NCBI GenBank assembly: GCA_964016885.1
Contig: OZ024746.1
Coordinates: 15,314,001-15,378,000 of the forward strand
Source: Eledone cirrhosa
Lineage: Eukaryota
Direction: 5' to 3'
DNA length: 64,000 bases
A program made the position numbers and the translations under genes. Under the pieces are notes generated by a model. It made no database searches. It saw only the letters and a program-made list of their open reading frames with translations, and was not told the origin of the DNA. Below are positions 31,233-45,086 of this stretch, piece by piece; the stretch's first letter is position 1; each line of letters begins with the position of its first letter.

Positions 31233-32531
31233 GTGGGAAGGACACACAGTTATGGCGACTCCCAGTACTTGTGGGAAGGACACACAGTTATGGCGACTCC
31301 CAGTACTTGTGGGAAGGACACACAGTTATGGCGACTCCCAGTACTTGTGGGAAGGACACACAGTTATGGCGACTCCCAGTACTTGTGGAAAGGACTCACA
31401 GTTATGGCGACTCCCAGTACTTGTGGGAAGGACACACAGTTATGGCGACTCCCAGTACTTGTGGGAAGGACACACAGTTATGGCGACTCCCAGTACTTGT
31501 GGGAAGGACTCACAGTTATGGCGACTCCCAGTACTTGTGGGAAGGACACACAGTTATGGCGACTCCCAGTACTTGTGGGAAGGACTCACAGTTATGGCGA
31601 CTCCCAGTACTTGTGGGAAGGACACACAGTTATGGCGACTCCCAGTACTTGTGGGAAGGACACACAGTTATGGCGACTCCCAGTACTTGTGGGAAGGACA
31701 CACAGTTATGGCGACTCCCAGTACTTGTGGGAAGGACACACAGTTATGGCGACTCCCTGTAATTATGGGAAGGACTCACAGTTATGGCGACTCCCAGTAC
31801 TTGTGGGAAGGACACACAGTTATGGCGACTCCCAGTACTTGTGGGAAGGACACACAGTTATGGCGACTCCCAGTACTTGTGGGAAGGACACACAGTTATG
31901 GCGACTCCCAGTACTTGTGGGAAGGACACACAGTTATGGCGACTCCCAGTACTTGTGGGAAGGACTCACAGTTATGGCGACTCCCAGTACTTGTGGGAAG
32001 GACACACAGTTATGGCGACTCCCAGTACTTGTGGGAAGGACTCACAGTTATGGCGACTCCCAGTACTTGTGGGAAGGACACACAGTTATGGCGACTCCCA
32101 GTACTTGTGGGAAGGACACACAGTTATGGCGACTCCCAGTACTTGTGGGAAGGACACACAGTTATGGCGACTCCCAGTACTTGTGGGAAGGACACACAGT
32201 TATGGCGACTCCCAGTACTTGTGGGAAGGACACACAGTTATGGCGACTCCCTGTAATTATGGGAAGGACTCACAGTTATGGCGACTCCCAGTACTTGTGG
32301 GAAGGACACACAGTTATGGCGACTCCCAGTACTTGTGGGAAGGACACACAGTTATGGCGACTCCCAGTACTTGTGGGAAGGACTCACAGTTATGGCGACT
32401 CCCAGTACTTGTGGGAAGGACACACAGTTATGGCGACTCCCAGTACTTGTGGGAAGGACACACAGTTATGGCGACTCCCAGTACTTGTGGGAAGGACACA
32501 CAGTTATGGCGACTCCCAGTACTTGTGGGAA
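31233..32531. repeat. 38-bp minisatellite, ~34 copies (GTGGGAAGGACACACAGTTATGGCGACTCCCAGTACTT)
   Basis: Direct tandem repetition; degenerate units on both flanks (31150-31232, 32532-32585). Confidence 0.97.
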
Positions 32532-32890
32532 GATGTCTCCCTGTAATTGTGGGAAGGATTCACATAGCTATAGCAACTCTCAGCCATTGACATGTACATA
32601 TCTTAGCAACCCTGCAATTATAAGAAAGACATGCGAACCTCGCTGAAATTGAGTTCAGAACCCCAGGTTATGTATTTTAAAAGCACCAGAGCTATTTTGT
32701 TCACCCATAGCTTCTATATTAATAGCATACCTATATTATCAATAGTATGAATATATTAATAGCATGACTATAAATACTAGCGTGACTGTATATATTAATA
32801 GCATATCTATACTAATAGCGTGTCATTACTAATAACATACCTATAGTATTAGTGTGTCTATACTAATAACATACCTATATTAATAGCCTA

Positions 32891-33440
32891 AGGAGGTGAA
32901 TTGGCAGAGTTGTTAGAACGTCAGATAGAATGGTAGAGTTGTTAGAACGTCAGATAGAATGGCAGAGTTGTTAGAACGTCAGATAGAATGGCAGAGTTGT
33001 TAGAACGTCAGATACAATGGTAGAGTTGTTAGAACGTCAGATAGAATGGTAGAGTTGTTAGAACGTCAGATAGAATGGCAGAGTTGTTAGAACGTCAGAT
33101 AGAATGGTAGAGTTGTTAGAACGTCAGATACAATGGCAGAGTTGTTAGAATGTCAGATACAATGCCTTGCGGTATTCGTTCCGTCTCTCTGCTCTCTAAG
33201 TTCAAATCCCGCCATTCATCCATTCGAGGTCCTAAAATAAGTACCAGTCTAGTACTGGGTTGATTCTACCTCTATATCCCTTTCCCACTTCCATTCTCTC
33301 ATTCTCTCTATTCTTTCTATGGAAAAAATTTGCAGTATTCATACCTGGAGAGAAGATGGGCTCTGACAAGTTTTAAAATGCCCTAGAAACGTTGTATGTC
33401 AAAATGGCGCCCCTACGACTCCCTCTGGAGTTACGGGACC
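32891..33440 (+). mobile_element. SINE with a 9x 29-bp internal tandem amplification (32902-33162)
   Basis: Unit TGGCAGAGTTGTTAGAACGTCAGATAGAA, then the normal SINE body (AGTTCAAATCCCGCC, AAGTACCAGT). Confidence 0.8.
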
Positions 33441-34020
33441 ATGCATGTATATTAATAGCCTACCTAAACTATTAGGCTACCTATATTAATAGCTTATAAT
33501 AACAGTGTTGCTATAATTAGTAGTATTGCTATATTTAGATAAAGACAATGGATTAGAAGAAGATGTTGGGTAAAATTAGACTAAAAGGTTTTGATGTATT
33601 TCTGAGGTTAATTTCTTTCAAATAATATCAGAATTGACTTCAATGTTTACCTTTCTATGACCAGCATTGAGGTAAAAAGTGATAAGCCATGATTAACATA
33701 AACAACAACAACTCTATCACTAAAACAACCAAGAACACCAACAGCATCGCCGACAACACAAGAACAACACTACCAACAACACCACCACCAACACCACCAA
33801 CAACAACACCACCAACACTACCAAGAACACCACCAACAAACCCCCAACACTACCAACAACAACACCAAGAACACCACCAACAAACCAACACCACCACCAA
33901 CAACACCGACAACAACACCCCCACCACCAACAAAGCCCCACCAACAATAACACCAATAACATCACCAACAACACCCCCACCAACAACACCACCACCAGCA
34001 GCAATAACAACATCACCACC

Positions 34021-34052
<32 letters not shown>

Positions 34053-34407
34053 CACCACTGATGTTGTGACTCGCCTTAATAAATTAATACTAATACAGTC
34101 CTATTGGGAAGATCATAAACATTTTCTACTTAAGGACTGTAACATAAACACGCATACCGGTGAACACGTACACACATGCTTGAATACACACACACACGCA
34201 AGGAAATACATACGTATACTACATGTGTTATATATACACATACATACACACACAAACACATATATACATTACATATACCTATAATCGTTGATATGTAACA
34301 GATATTTGGATATATGTGTTCATACATCCATACAGAATTAAATACGCTTAAAAGCTAAGATTTGTATTTACTGATGCAGACATATAAGTCTAGCCTCTTT
34401 TTATGCA

Positions 34408-34439
<32 letters not shown>

Positions 34440-34465
34440 GCTTTAAACTATCTCTGTTATTGTAT

Positions 34466-34501
<36 letters not shown>

Positions 34502-34502
<1 letters not shown>

Positions 34503-34682
34503 CGAGGGAAAAGTGGTAAGGAACCAGGTGGACCATAACGCACCAAAGTACTCAATACTTAGGGTAGTAGAGTAGGTAATAGGAGTAAGTAAGACCCCGA
34601 CGGCTGAGCTCAAGCCGTTTCGACGGCTAATTCTGAATTAGCCGTCGAAACGGCTTGAGCTCAGCCGTCGGGGTCTTACTTA

Positions 34683-34686
<4 letters not shown>
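34502..34686. mobile_element. Family B fold-back mini-element (others: 5661-5722, 7435-7572, 46540-46712, 46886-46943, 60978-61190)
   Basis: GACCCCGACGGCTGAGCTCAAGCCGTTTCGACGGCTAATT and its inverse, flanked by (TA)n. Confidence 0.85.
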
Positions 34687-34720
<34 letters not shown>

Positions 34721-34975
34721 AATAAAGATTCAGCGAGAATCGCACTTCGGCGGGCAGGAAAAGCGAAGCGAAAAGCAAAAATCAGAAATGATACTGGCAA
34801 AGTGCTCAATAGTTAAAACCAGAGCTAAACAATGTGTTAAGAAGCCATACACAACTGAAAAGGTGGTCAAGAAGGCATTAACCACCCAAGCCAAAAACCA
34901 AATCAAGCTAAACAGGTCAAAATAAAATAAATGATAACCAGACCTGGACTCCCATTTGACTGTCACCACACATTA

Positions 34976-35014
34976 TGAACCTGAAGATTCCGAAAGCATG
35001 AAAGTAGTTGTTCA
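34976..35014 (+). ncRNA. Minimal type I hammerhead
   Basis: TGAAC-CTGAAGA-T.TCC.GAAA.GCA.T-GAA-AGTAGT-T-GTTCA; 5-bp stem I. Confidence 0.7.
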
Positions 35015-35179
35015 ATTAACACTTAACATTCTATCATACTATTTCATTATAATAGCATTATAAATTTTAAAGGATTGTAAATAAAACGAGTAAATCAGAC
35101 AAAGTTGGAATTCCTCTTATTAATATAATCTTCTATACACAATCATACACACCCGTGTATATTTATCTCTCTCTCTCTC

Positions 35180-35237
<58 letters not shown>

Positions 35238-35499
35238 TAATTATTGTACATAGTACACATTCACACATATATATATACGTACACACACATATATACATAA
35301 TTATATACATATATATACACACACACACATACATGCTTTCCAGCATAGTTGCGTCCCTTTACGATATGAGTTCAAATCCTGCCGAGGTTGACTTTGCCTT
35401 TCATCCTTACGAGGTCGATAAAATAAAGTAGCAATAATGCACTGGGTTATTGCTGGCCTTGTGCTAAAAGTAGAAACAATTATATATATATATATATTA

Positions 35500-35708
35500 G
35501 AAAGTGAGTTTTTTTCACAAAATGAAAAATAACCGAGGTGTCCTACACGAGTGAAAGTATAAAGAAAAAAAAGATGAAATCGAAAATTCAAAAGGAGTCT
35601 TATTTTTAAAAAAATATATATTATTTATTTGGTTCCTTTACCGGTTTCGCAGTTCTTCTGCTTTTCAAAAGTAGAGTTGAGATGGAGGGTCTGTGGTTTT
35701 TCTCACAT

Positions 35709-35710
<2 letters not shown>
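35500..35710 (-). mobile_element. Family D mini-element with U3-A8 HHR (35635-35672)
   Basis: Homology to 23583-23790. Confidence 0.8.
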
Positions 35711-35747
<37 letters not shown>

Positions 35748-35981
35748 TATGCATGTATACGTACATACATATATGTATACAGACGTACAGTAGCATGCAC
35801 ATATATATATATATATACATATATACATACATATGCATACAGGTACACATACATATATGCACGTATCAGTTTAGCGGCGCTAACGTCGCTTTGTTCGTTT
35901 GTAAACAAACTGAACAGCCTGAATTTATGCCATACGGTGTTAAGGCAACCACGTCACCTTTTTGTTCAACACTGACACAGG

Positions 35982-36026
35982 AACGATGTACTAGTTTCAA
36001 GCTTGTTAGCTATCATCAGCACCGTT
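35982..36026 (-). ncRNA. Minimal type I hammerhead ribozyme (repeated at 36448, 36914, 37380, 37846, 38312, 38778)
   Basis: AACGGTG-CTGATGA-T.AGCT.AACA.AGCT.T-GAA-ACTAGT-A-CATCGTT: 7-bp stem I, 4-bp stem II, palindromic stem III, GUA site. Confidence 0.88.
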
Positions 36027-36054
36027 TACCCATCTGCCAGATAGTTGAACGTTC

Positions 36055-36107
36055 GAAAGTATATACTTTCCTTATGAAAATTAACGGCTGAGCAGCCTAA
36101 TTTGCAT
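36055..36107 (-). promoter_or_regulatory. Candidate snRNA-type promoter elements in each unit: octamer ATGCAAAT (36100-36107) and TATA-containing palindrome GAAAGTATATACTTTC (36055-36070)
   Basis: Both motifs are kept at the same spacing in the diverged copy (8064-8116); function inferred. Confidence 0.4.
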
Positions 36108-39100
36108 ATTGAGTGAGTTAAATCGGTCAGGCATACCGAAAACGATAAATTGAAACAAAATGAAAACGAAATTTCATTTCTCACTCTTAGTATGGCACTT
36201 ACTTAAATGTAAGTATGCATGTATACGTACATACATATATGTATACAGACGTACAGTAGCATGCACATATATATATATATATACATATATACATACATAT
36301 GCATACAGGTACACATACATATATGCACGTATCAGTTTAGCGGCGCTAACGTCGCTTTGTTCGTTTGTAAACAAACTGAACAGCCTGAATTTATGCCATA
36401 CGGTGTTAAGGCAACCACGTCACCTTTTTGTTCAACACTGACACAGGAACGATGTACTAGTTTCAAGCTTGTTAGCTATCATCAGCACCGTTTACCCATC
36501 TGCCAGATAGTTGAACGTTCGAAAGTATATACTTTCCTTATGAAAATTAACGGCTGAGCAGCCTAATTTGCATATTGAGTGAGTTAAATCGGTCAGGCAT
36601 ACCGAAAACGATAAATTGAAACAAAATGAAAACGAAATTTCATTTCTCACTCTTAGTATGGCACTTACTTAAATGTAAGTATGCATGTATACGTACATAC
36701 ATATATGTATACAGACGTACAGTAGCATGCACATATATATATATATATACATATATACATACATATGCATACAGGTACACATACATATATGCACGTATCA
36801 GTTTAGCGGCGCTAACGTCGCTTTGTTCGTTTGTAAACAAACTGAACAGCCTGAATTTATGCCATACGGTGTTAAGGCAACCACGTCACCTTTTTGTTCA
36901 ACACTGACACAGGAACGATGTACTAGTTTCAAGCTTGTTAGCTATCATCAGCACCGTTTACCCATCTGCCAGATAGTTGAACGTTCGAAAGTATATACTT
37001 TCCTTATGAAAATTAACGGCTGAGCAGCCTAATTTGCATATTGAGTGAGTTAAATCGGTCAGGCATACCGAAAACGATAAATTGAAACAAAATGAAAACG
37101 AAATTTCATTTCTCACTCTTAGTATGGCACTTACTTAAATGTAAGTATGCATGTATACGTACATACATATATGTATACAGACGTACAGTAGCATGCACAT
37201 ATATATATATATATACATATATACATACATATGCATACAGGTACACATACATATATGCACGTATCAGTTTAGCGGCGCTAACGTCGCTTTGTTCGTTTGT
37301 AAACAAACTGAACAGCCTGAATTTATGCCATACGGTGTTAAGGCAACCACGTCACCTTTTTGTTCAACACTGACACAGGAACGATGTACTAGTTTCAAGC
37401 TTGTTAGCTATCATCAGCACCGTTTACCCATCTGCCAGATAGTTGAACGTTCGAAAGTATATACTTTCCTTATGAAAATTAACGGCTGAGCAGCCTAATT
37501 TGCATATTGAGTGAGTTAAATCGGTCAGGCATACCGAAAACGATAAATTGAAACAAAATGAAAACGAAATTTCATTTCTCACTCTTAGTATGGCACTTAC
37601 TTAAATGTAAGTATGCATGTATACGTACATACATATATGTATACAGACGTACAGTAGCATGCACATATATATATATATATACATATATACATACATATGC
37701 ATACAGGTACACATACATATATGCACGTATCAGTTTAGCGGCGCTAACGTCGCTTTGTTCGTTTGTAAACAAACTGAACAGCCTGAATTTATGCCATACG
37801 GTGTTAAGGCAACCACGTCACCTTTTTGTTCAACACTGACACAGGAACGATGTACTAGTTTCAAGCTTGTTAGCTATCATCAGCACCGTTTACCCATCTG
37901 CCAGATAGTTGAACGTTCGAAAGTATATACTTTCCTTATGAAAATTAACGGCTGAGCAGCCTAATTTGCATATTGAGTGAGTTAAATCGGTCAGGCATAC
38001 CGAAAACGATAAATTGAAACAAAATGAAAACGAAATTTCATTTCTCACTCTTAGTATGGCACTTACTTAAATGTAAGTATGCATGTATACGTACATACAT
38101 ATATGTATACAGACGTACAGTAGCATGCACATATATATATATATATACATATATACATACATATGCATACAGGTACACATACATATATGCACGTATCAGT
38201 TTAGCGGCGCTAACGTCGCTTTGTTCGTTTGTAAACAAACTGAACAGCCTGAATTTATGCCATACGGTGTTAAGGCAACCACGTCACCTTTTTGTTCAAC
38301 ACTGACACAGGAACGATGTACTAGTTTCAAGCTTGTTAGCTATCATCAGCACCGTTTACCCATCTGCCAGATAGTTGAACGTTCGAAAGTATATACTTTC
38401 CTTATGAAAATTAACGGCTGAGCAGCCTAATTTGCATATTGAGTGAGTTAAATCGGTCAGGCATACCGAAAACGATAAATTGAAACAAAATGAAAACGAA
38501 ATTTCATTTCTCACTCTTAGTATGGCACTTACTTAAATGTAAGTATGCATGTATACGTACATACATATATGTATACAGACGTACAGTAGCATGCACATAT
38601 ATATATATATATACATATATACATACATATGCATACAGGTACACATACATATATGCACGTATCAGTTTAGCGGCGCTAACGTCGCTTTGTTCGTTTGTAA
38701 ACAAACTGAACAGCCTGAATTTATGCCATACGGTGTTAAGGCAACCACGTGACCTTTTTGTTCAACACTGACACAGGAACGATGTACTAGTTTCAAGCTT
38801 GTTAGCTATCATCAGCACCGTTTACCCATCTGCCAGATAGTTGAACGTTCGAAAGTATATACTTTCCTTATGAAAATTAACGGCTGAGCAGCCTAATTTG
38901 CATATTGAGTGAGTTAAATCGGTCAGGCATACCGAAAACGATAAATTGAAACAAAATGAAAACGAAATTTCATTTCTCACTCTTAGTATGGCACTTACTT
39001 AAATGTAAGTATGCATGTATACGTACATACATATATGTATACAGACGTATACATATATGTATGTACGTACAAAAAGGTGACGTGGTTGCCTTAACACCGT

Positions 39101-39347
39101 ATGGCATAAATTCAGGCTGTTCAGTTTGTTTACAAACGAACAAAGCGACGTTAGCGCCGCTAAACTGATACGTGCATATATGTATGTGTACCTGTATGCA
39201 TATGTATGTATATATGTATATATATATATATATGTGCATGCTACTGTACGTCTGTATACATATATGTATGTACGTATACATGCATACTTACATTTAAGTA
39301 AGTGCCATACTAAGAGTGAGAAATGAAATTTCGTTTTCATTTTGTTT

Positions 39348-39400
<53 letters not shown>

Positions 39401-39504
39401 AGTGTAGTGACTACATCCTAGTAGGGGTTTGTTGAGCACACGAACCGAACCCGCTTGGCGTTGCAGTCACGATTTTACGTATCTCTATAAGTCTCTCTCT
39501 CTCT

Positions 39505-39556
<52 letters not shown>

Positions 39557-39719
39557 GATAACAGATCATTGTTATAGGTAGTCCACTTAGGTGTAGTCCA
39601 GTTAGGGTACTCTGAGTAGTGGATGGTATCAACGCTTGGCTAAGTTTGACTCAACAAGGCGTTTCCATAGTGATGTTGCGAGTACGCGGTGATTTCTATG
39701 TTGTTTACACTTGGAGTAA

Positions 39720-39992
39720 TGATAAATCAAGAAAGAAAAGTGACACAGTTTGCTATACAAAAAAGGTTTTTAATCTTATTGCTGACAATTGTTTCTCTGA
39801 ACTGGTAGGTCTATTCATCAGAGCTAGCGAGAATGAATTGACTGGTTACAACTATGTATTGGTGATCGATTGACGTGAAAACAGGCGGGTAGCGATCTCT
39901 AGACCTACCAGTTCAGAGAAACAATTGTCAGCAATGAGATTAAAAACCTTTTTTGTATAGCAAACCGTGTCACTCTTCTTTCTTGATTTATA
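39720..39992. mobile_element. Fold-back element with degenerate HHR on the minus strand (~39778-39825)
   Basis: Inverted arms; GCT-CTGATGA...GAA-ACAATTGT-C-AGC; shares GAAACAATTGTCAGCAAT with 22832-22849. Confidence 0.65.
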
Positions 39993-40098
39993 TATATATC
40001 GTATATATGCAAAAGGCAAACAGAAATAACAAAGCAAACGACATGGTACAATGAAGAAATATATTATTAGTTTTGGGCTTGATATAGTAAGATAAGAG

Positions 40099-40134
40099 TC
40101 TTAACGTTTCGGACGCTAGTCCTTCATCAGAAGA
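40099..40134 (-). ncRNA. Classic PLE-type minimal hammerhead
   Basis: TCTT-CTGATGA-A-GGAC.TAGC.GTCC-GAA-ACGT-T-AAGA. Confidence 0.8.
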
Positions 40135-40414
40135 AAGAATGATGAATTAAAGAAGAAATAGAGAGATGGAGGAGACGGACAGGGCGGATAAAAAATGTTT
40201 CAGAGAAAAATAACAAGTCCATGTTGCCATCTCTTGGAAAGTTGTACGTGCTGAGGTCACTATGTTGATAACTCTTGTTTGCTGGATGTAGGGTCAAATT
40301 TGTGCCTTGAAACCTTGGGTAGCGCCTTCGTTTAATGTATGAAACTACATAAATAAAATAATATATATATATATATATACATATTTATATACATATGTAT
40401 ATACATACATATAT

Positions 40415-40490
<76 letters not shown>

Positions 40491-40550
40491 TTATATATAT
40501 ATGTATATATATATACACATATATATATATATATATACACACACATATAT

Positions 40551-40874
<324 letters not shown>

Positions 40875-40935
40875 GTATATATGTATATATATAAATATAT
40901 GTATATATATATATATATGTATACATATATATATG

Positions 40936-40995
<60 letters not shown>

Positions 40996-40996
40996 A

Positions 40997-41032
<36 letters not shown>

Positions 41033-41042
41033 GTATATATAA

Positions 41043-41683
<641 letters not shown>

Positions 41684-41689
41684 ATTATA

Positions 41690-41727
<38 letters not shown>

Positions 41728-41816
41728 ACACAAACACATACATATACACACACACACACACATACACACACACACATATTATATATGTATGTATATATAT
41801 ATATATATAAATACAG

Positions 41817-42102
41817 TGGAGGCACGTGGCCTAGTGGTAAGAGTGTTGGACTTACGATCATAATGTCGTGGGTTCGATTCCCGGGCTGCGTGTTGTGTTC
41901 CTGAGCAAAACACTTCATCTCACGTTGCTCCAGTATACTCAGCTAAAAATGAGTACCAGCAATAGCTGGAGGTTTAACCCTGCGATGGACTGGCGTCCTG
42001 TCCAGGGGGGAGACTTGTACTCTCAGTCGCTTCACGCCATGAAACCGGAGATAAGCACCGGCCAAATAAGTCTTCTGGCTTAAGACAGACTTTAGACTTT
42101 TA
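41817..42102 (+). mobile_element. Full-length tRNA-derived SINE with (AGACTTT)n tail; 3' fragments at 12875-12985 and 52810-52930
   Basis: A box TGGCCTAGTGG, B box GGTTCGATTCC, AACCCTGCGATGGACTGGCGTCC segment, tandem tail. Confidence 0.85.
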
Positions 42103-44492
42103 GAGATATAAATACATACATACACATACATATAAATATATACACACACAGATATATATATATATATATTGTGTGTGTGAGTGAGTGTAATTTTACATAA
42201 CGTATATAATCATATCTAAGCACGCATGTACAGTATATACTTCATATACACATGTACATTCTACACACATACGTTGACACACACACACATGCACACGTTT
42301 TCCGAAACATACACACATACACACGCACACGCGCGCGCGCGCGTGCACACACACACGCACAGACATCCACAAAATATTTACGAGGCTTAACTTACATCTG
42401 CTCTTATCAAATTACCGAAGACTATGTCATGTGAAGATCATCGTTGCTTGTCCCAGTTCCTTCGCCTCGTCTACTCTAACCCCGATAACCCGCCATTCAG
42501 CCACCCCAATACCACAATACCCGACACCTAGACACCCAACCGACATCCTTCTAGTGTCTTCTCTCTTATTCAATCAACACAGGAATCTTTCCAGTTCTAC
42601 ATACACACATACATACACATACATACACACACATACATACACACACATACATACACACACATACATACACACATACACACACACACATACATACACACAT
42701 ACACACACACATACATACACACACATACATACACACATACACATACACATACACACACATACATACACACATACGTACATACACACATACATTCACACAT
42801 TCATACATACATATACACATACACACACACACACATACATACATACACACATACATACACACACACATACGTACACACATACATTCACAGATTCATACAT
42901 ACAAATACACACACATACGTACACATACATACACACATACATATACACACACGTACATACATACGTACATACACACATACACATGCCTACACGCATATAT
43001 ACACACGTACATACATATCCAATTACGCCATTACAGATGTGCTGTTTGACTGTAACAATTATAAACTGTCTGATAATTACGAATGGAAGTGATATGTGCC
43101 ATTATGATATCTGTTCATATAACAAATATATATATATCCTCAGATATAACATGAATAATTATGTTGATATCATTTTCTATTAAAACTACAACGCCATTTT
43201 GAATATGTGTATTAAATACACTTGGCGGCAAATTGGCAGAGTCGTTAGAACGTCAGATAGAACGTTTGTTTTATTTGTTCAGTCTCTTTGCGCTCTGAGT
43301 TCAAATCCCGCCGAGGTTAACTTTGCTTTTCACCCCTTCGACGTCGATAAAAAATGTACCAGTCCAGTACTGGGGTTGAATATTCTTCTAGATCTCTTTT
43401 TCTCTTCCTCTCTCTTACTTTCTATCCTTCTCTGGTATTTAGACCTGGAGGAAATGCCATTACGGCCGCCCTCCGACTCCCTCGGGAGTTACGGGACCAT
43501 ATCATTCACTAGACAATTGTTATTATATCAAATATATTACAATGTATATAATTGGTTTTTAACTCTACTTCTTTCTTAGTTCCTTTTACTCCCTAAGGAG
43601 TATTGGGCAACGAGAGATCTCCATACCTCATGCTTGCAAACCCTGTAAGGTGCCTTCTCTCAGGCCATCCTTTTTGTAGCAATTTCGATTAACGAAGCTA
43701 AAGTTGCTAGCCTCCGTCTCCATTGCTCACCTCCTTTCCAATACAGGCCGACAATCTAACCCAGCATTTCAAACTCAAGAGGGCAGTTTCCTTAGCCCTG
43801 TATAGGAGGTTCATTTCAAGTACTGTGACGTTGGGACTCAAATCACTGCAATCCATTTTAAAAAGGAACATTAAATAATACTATGTCCAGTATTGAAATA
43901 ATGTTTCTTTTTATATAGTTCCAGCCGGTTTCAACTATACTACATTAAGAAAAGTGACACTTCTTAATTTCTTTCACCAGTTTGGAGCCACTTTTTTTTT
44001 GGGGGGGGGGGGGGGGGGGGCTTCATGTGGAAACGAGACTTTTCACTGGTTAGGCGGTTCCTCGGCTACAAAACACATGCCACGGCTGGTGATATGCAGA
44101 CATGTACTGGTGAAACAGTATCAACAGAAATACTAAAATGAATAGTAAGCGCGGTCTTTCAAGTACGTATTTTATCAAGTATCCTTACTTTGACAGAGCT
44201 GTAACCCCATGTTAAACAAAGACCGAGATTTGACCCCCCTGGCATTTGGAATGTTAGAAGGTTATCACATCACCTACTAGTAAACACGTTCGGTGAAACA
44301 TCCAGGCGAGCCATTCTATAAAGGACTAGTGGTGGGTGTCAAGGAAAAGCGATTGGCTGGGTTGTTCCTGAGAAATTACTGTCCGGATACCATGGATAAC
44401 ATTTTCAACGCCCTGGTATGATTACGTTACCGATAATATTCACCCGAATATTATATATATAGAATGATATTTTGACACCTAGGTTTCATATA

Positions 44493-44545
<53 letters not shown>

Positions 44546-44800
44546 TTGCGAGGTTTTTTATTTTTTTATATGAAATCGTGTGTCGAAACAAATATTGTTA
44601 TACTTGGGGAGGGTCATATTTGTGTAATATTGCCAGAATTAATAACAGAACACACTCACTGTTTGGTTGGTTTTCGCTTCTCGCTTCTGTGTCTTTTATA
44701 TCGGTAATCTAACTTACTCGGTCCTCAATATTGCCATTGACTGACCGACGGTCAAAAATAATACAGATACAATATAGACACAAACACATATATATAGTTT

Positions 44801-44842
44801 ATCATAAATCTTTCGTTGCACATCTGCAACATCGTCAGTGGT
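44801..44842 (-). ncRNA. Hammerhead motif inside fold-back element 44570-45000
   Basis: ACCA-CTGACGA-T-GTTGCA.GATG.TGCAAC-GAA-AGATTT-A-TGAT; 6-bp stem II. Confidence 0.65.
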
Positions 44843-44997
44843 GCTATCTTTTCCTCCTGTTGTATTGTATGTCTACGCCATTTTTATCCGATATAAAAGA
44901 CACAGAAGCGAGAAGCGAAAACCAACCAAACAGTGAGTGTGTTCTGTTATTAATTCTGGCAATATTACACACATATGACCCTCCCTAAGTATAACAA

Positions 44998-45085
<88 letters not shown>

Positions 45086-45086
<1 letters not shown>

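Larger units (their letters stand above)
35747..39351 (-). mobile_element. Retrozyme/PLE-like tandem array: 7 x 466 bp plus a short partial unit and an inverted ~280-bp end, (TA)n-flanked
   Basis: Exact 466-bp period (35747, 36213 ... 39009); inverted segment 39070-39351; one HHR per unit. Confidence 0.9.

Noticed and set aside
31166-32646. CRISPR array or repeat-protein gene (198-437 aa ORFs)
   Set aside because: Units abut with no unique spacers and no cas genes are present; the ORFs result from a stop-free 38-mer
35682-39340. Repeated 66-113 aa ORFs in the 466-bp array as a tandem gene family
   Set aside because: Partly microsatellite-derived, no recognisable domain, and not preserved in the diverged copies, whereas the HHR is
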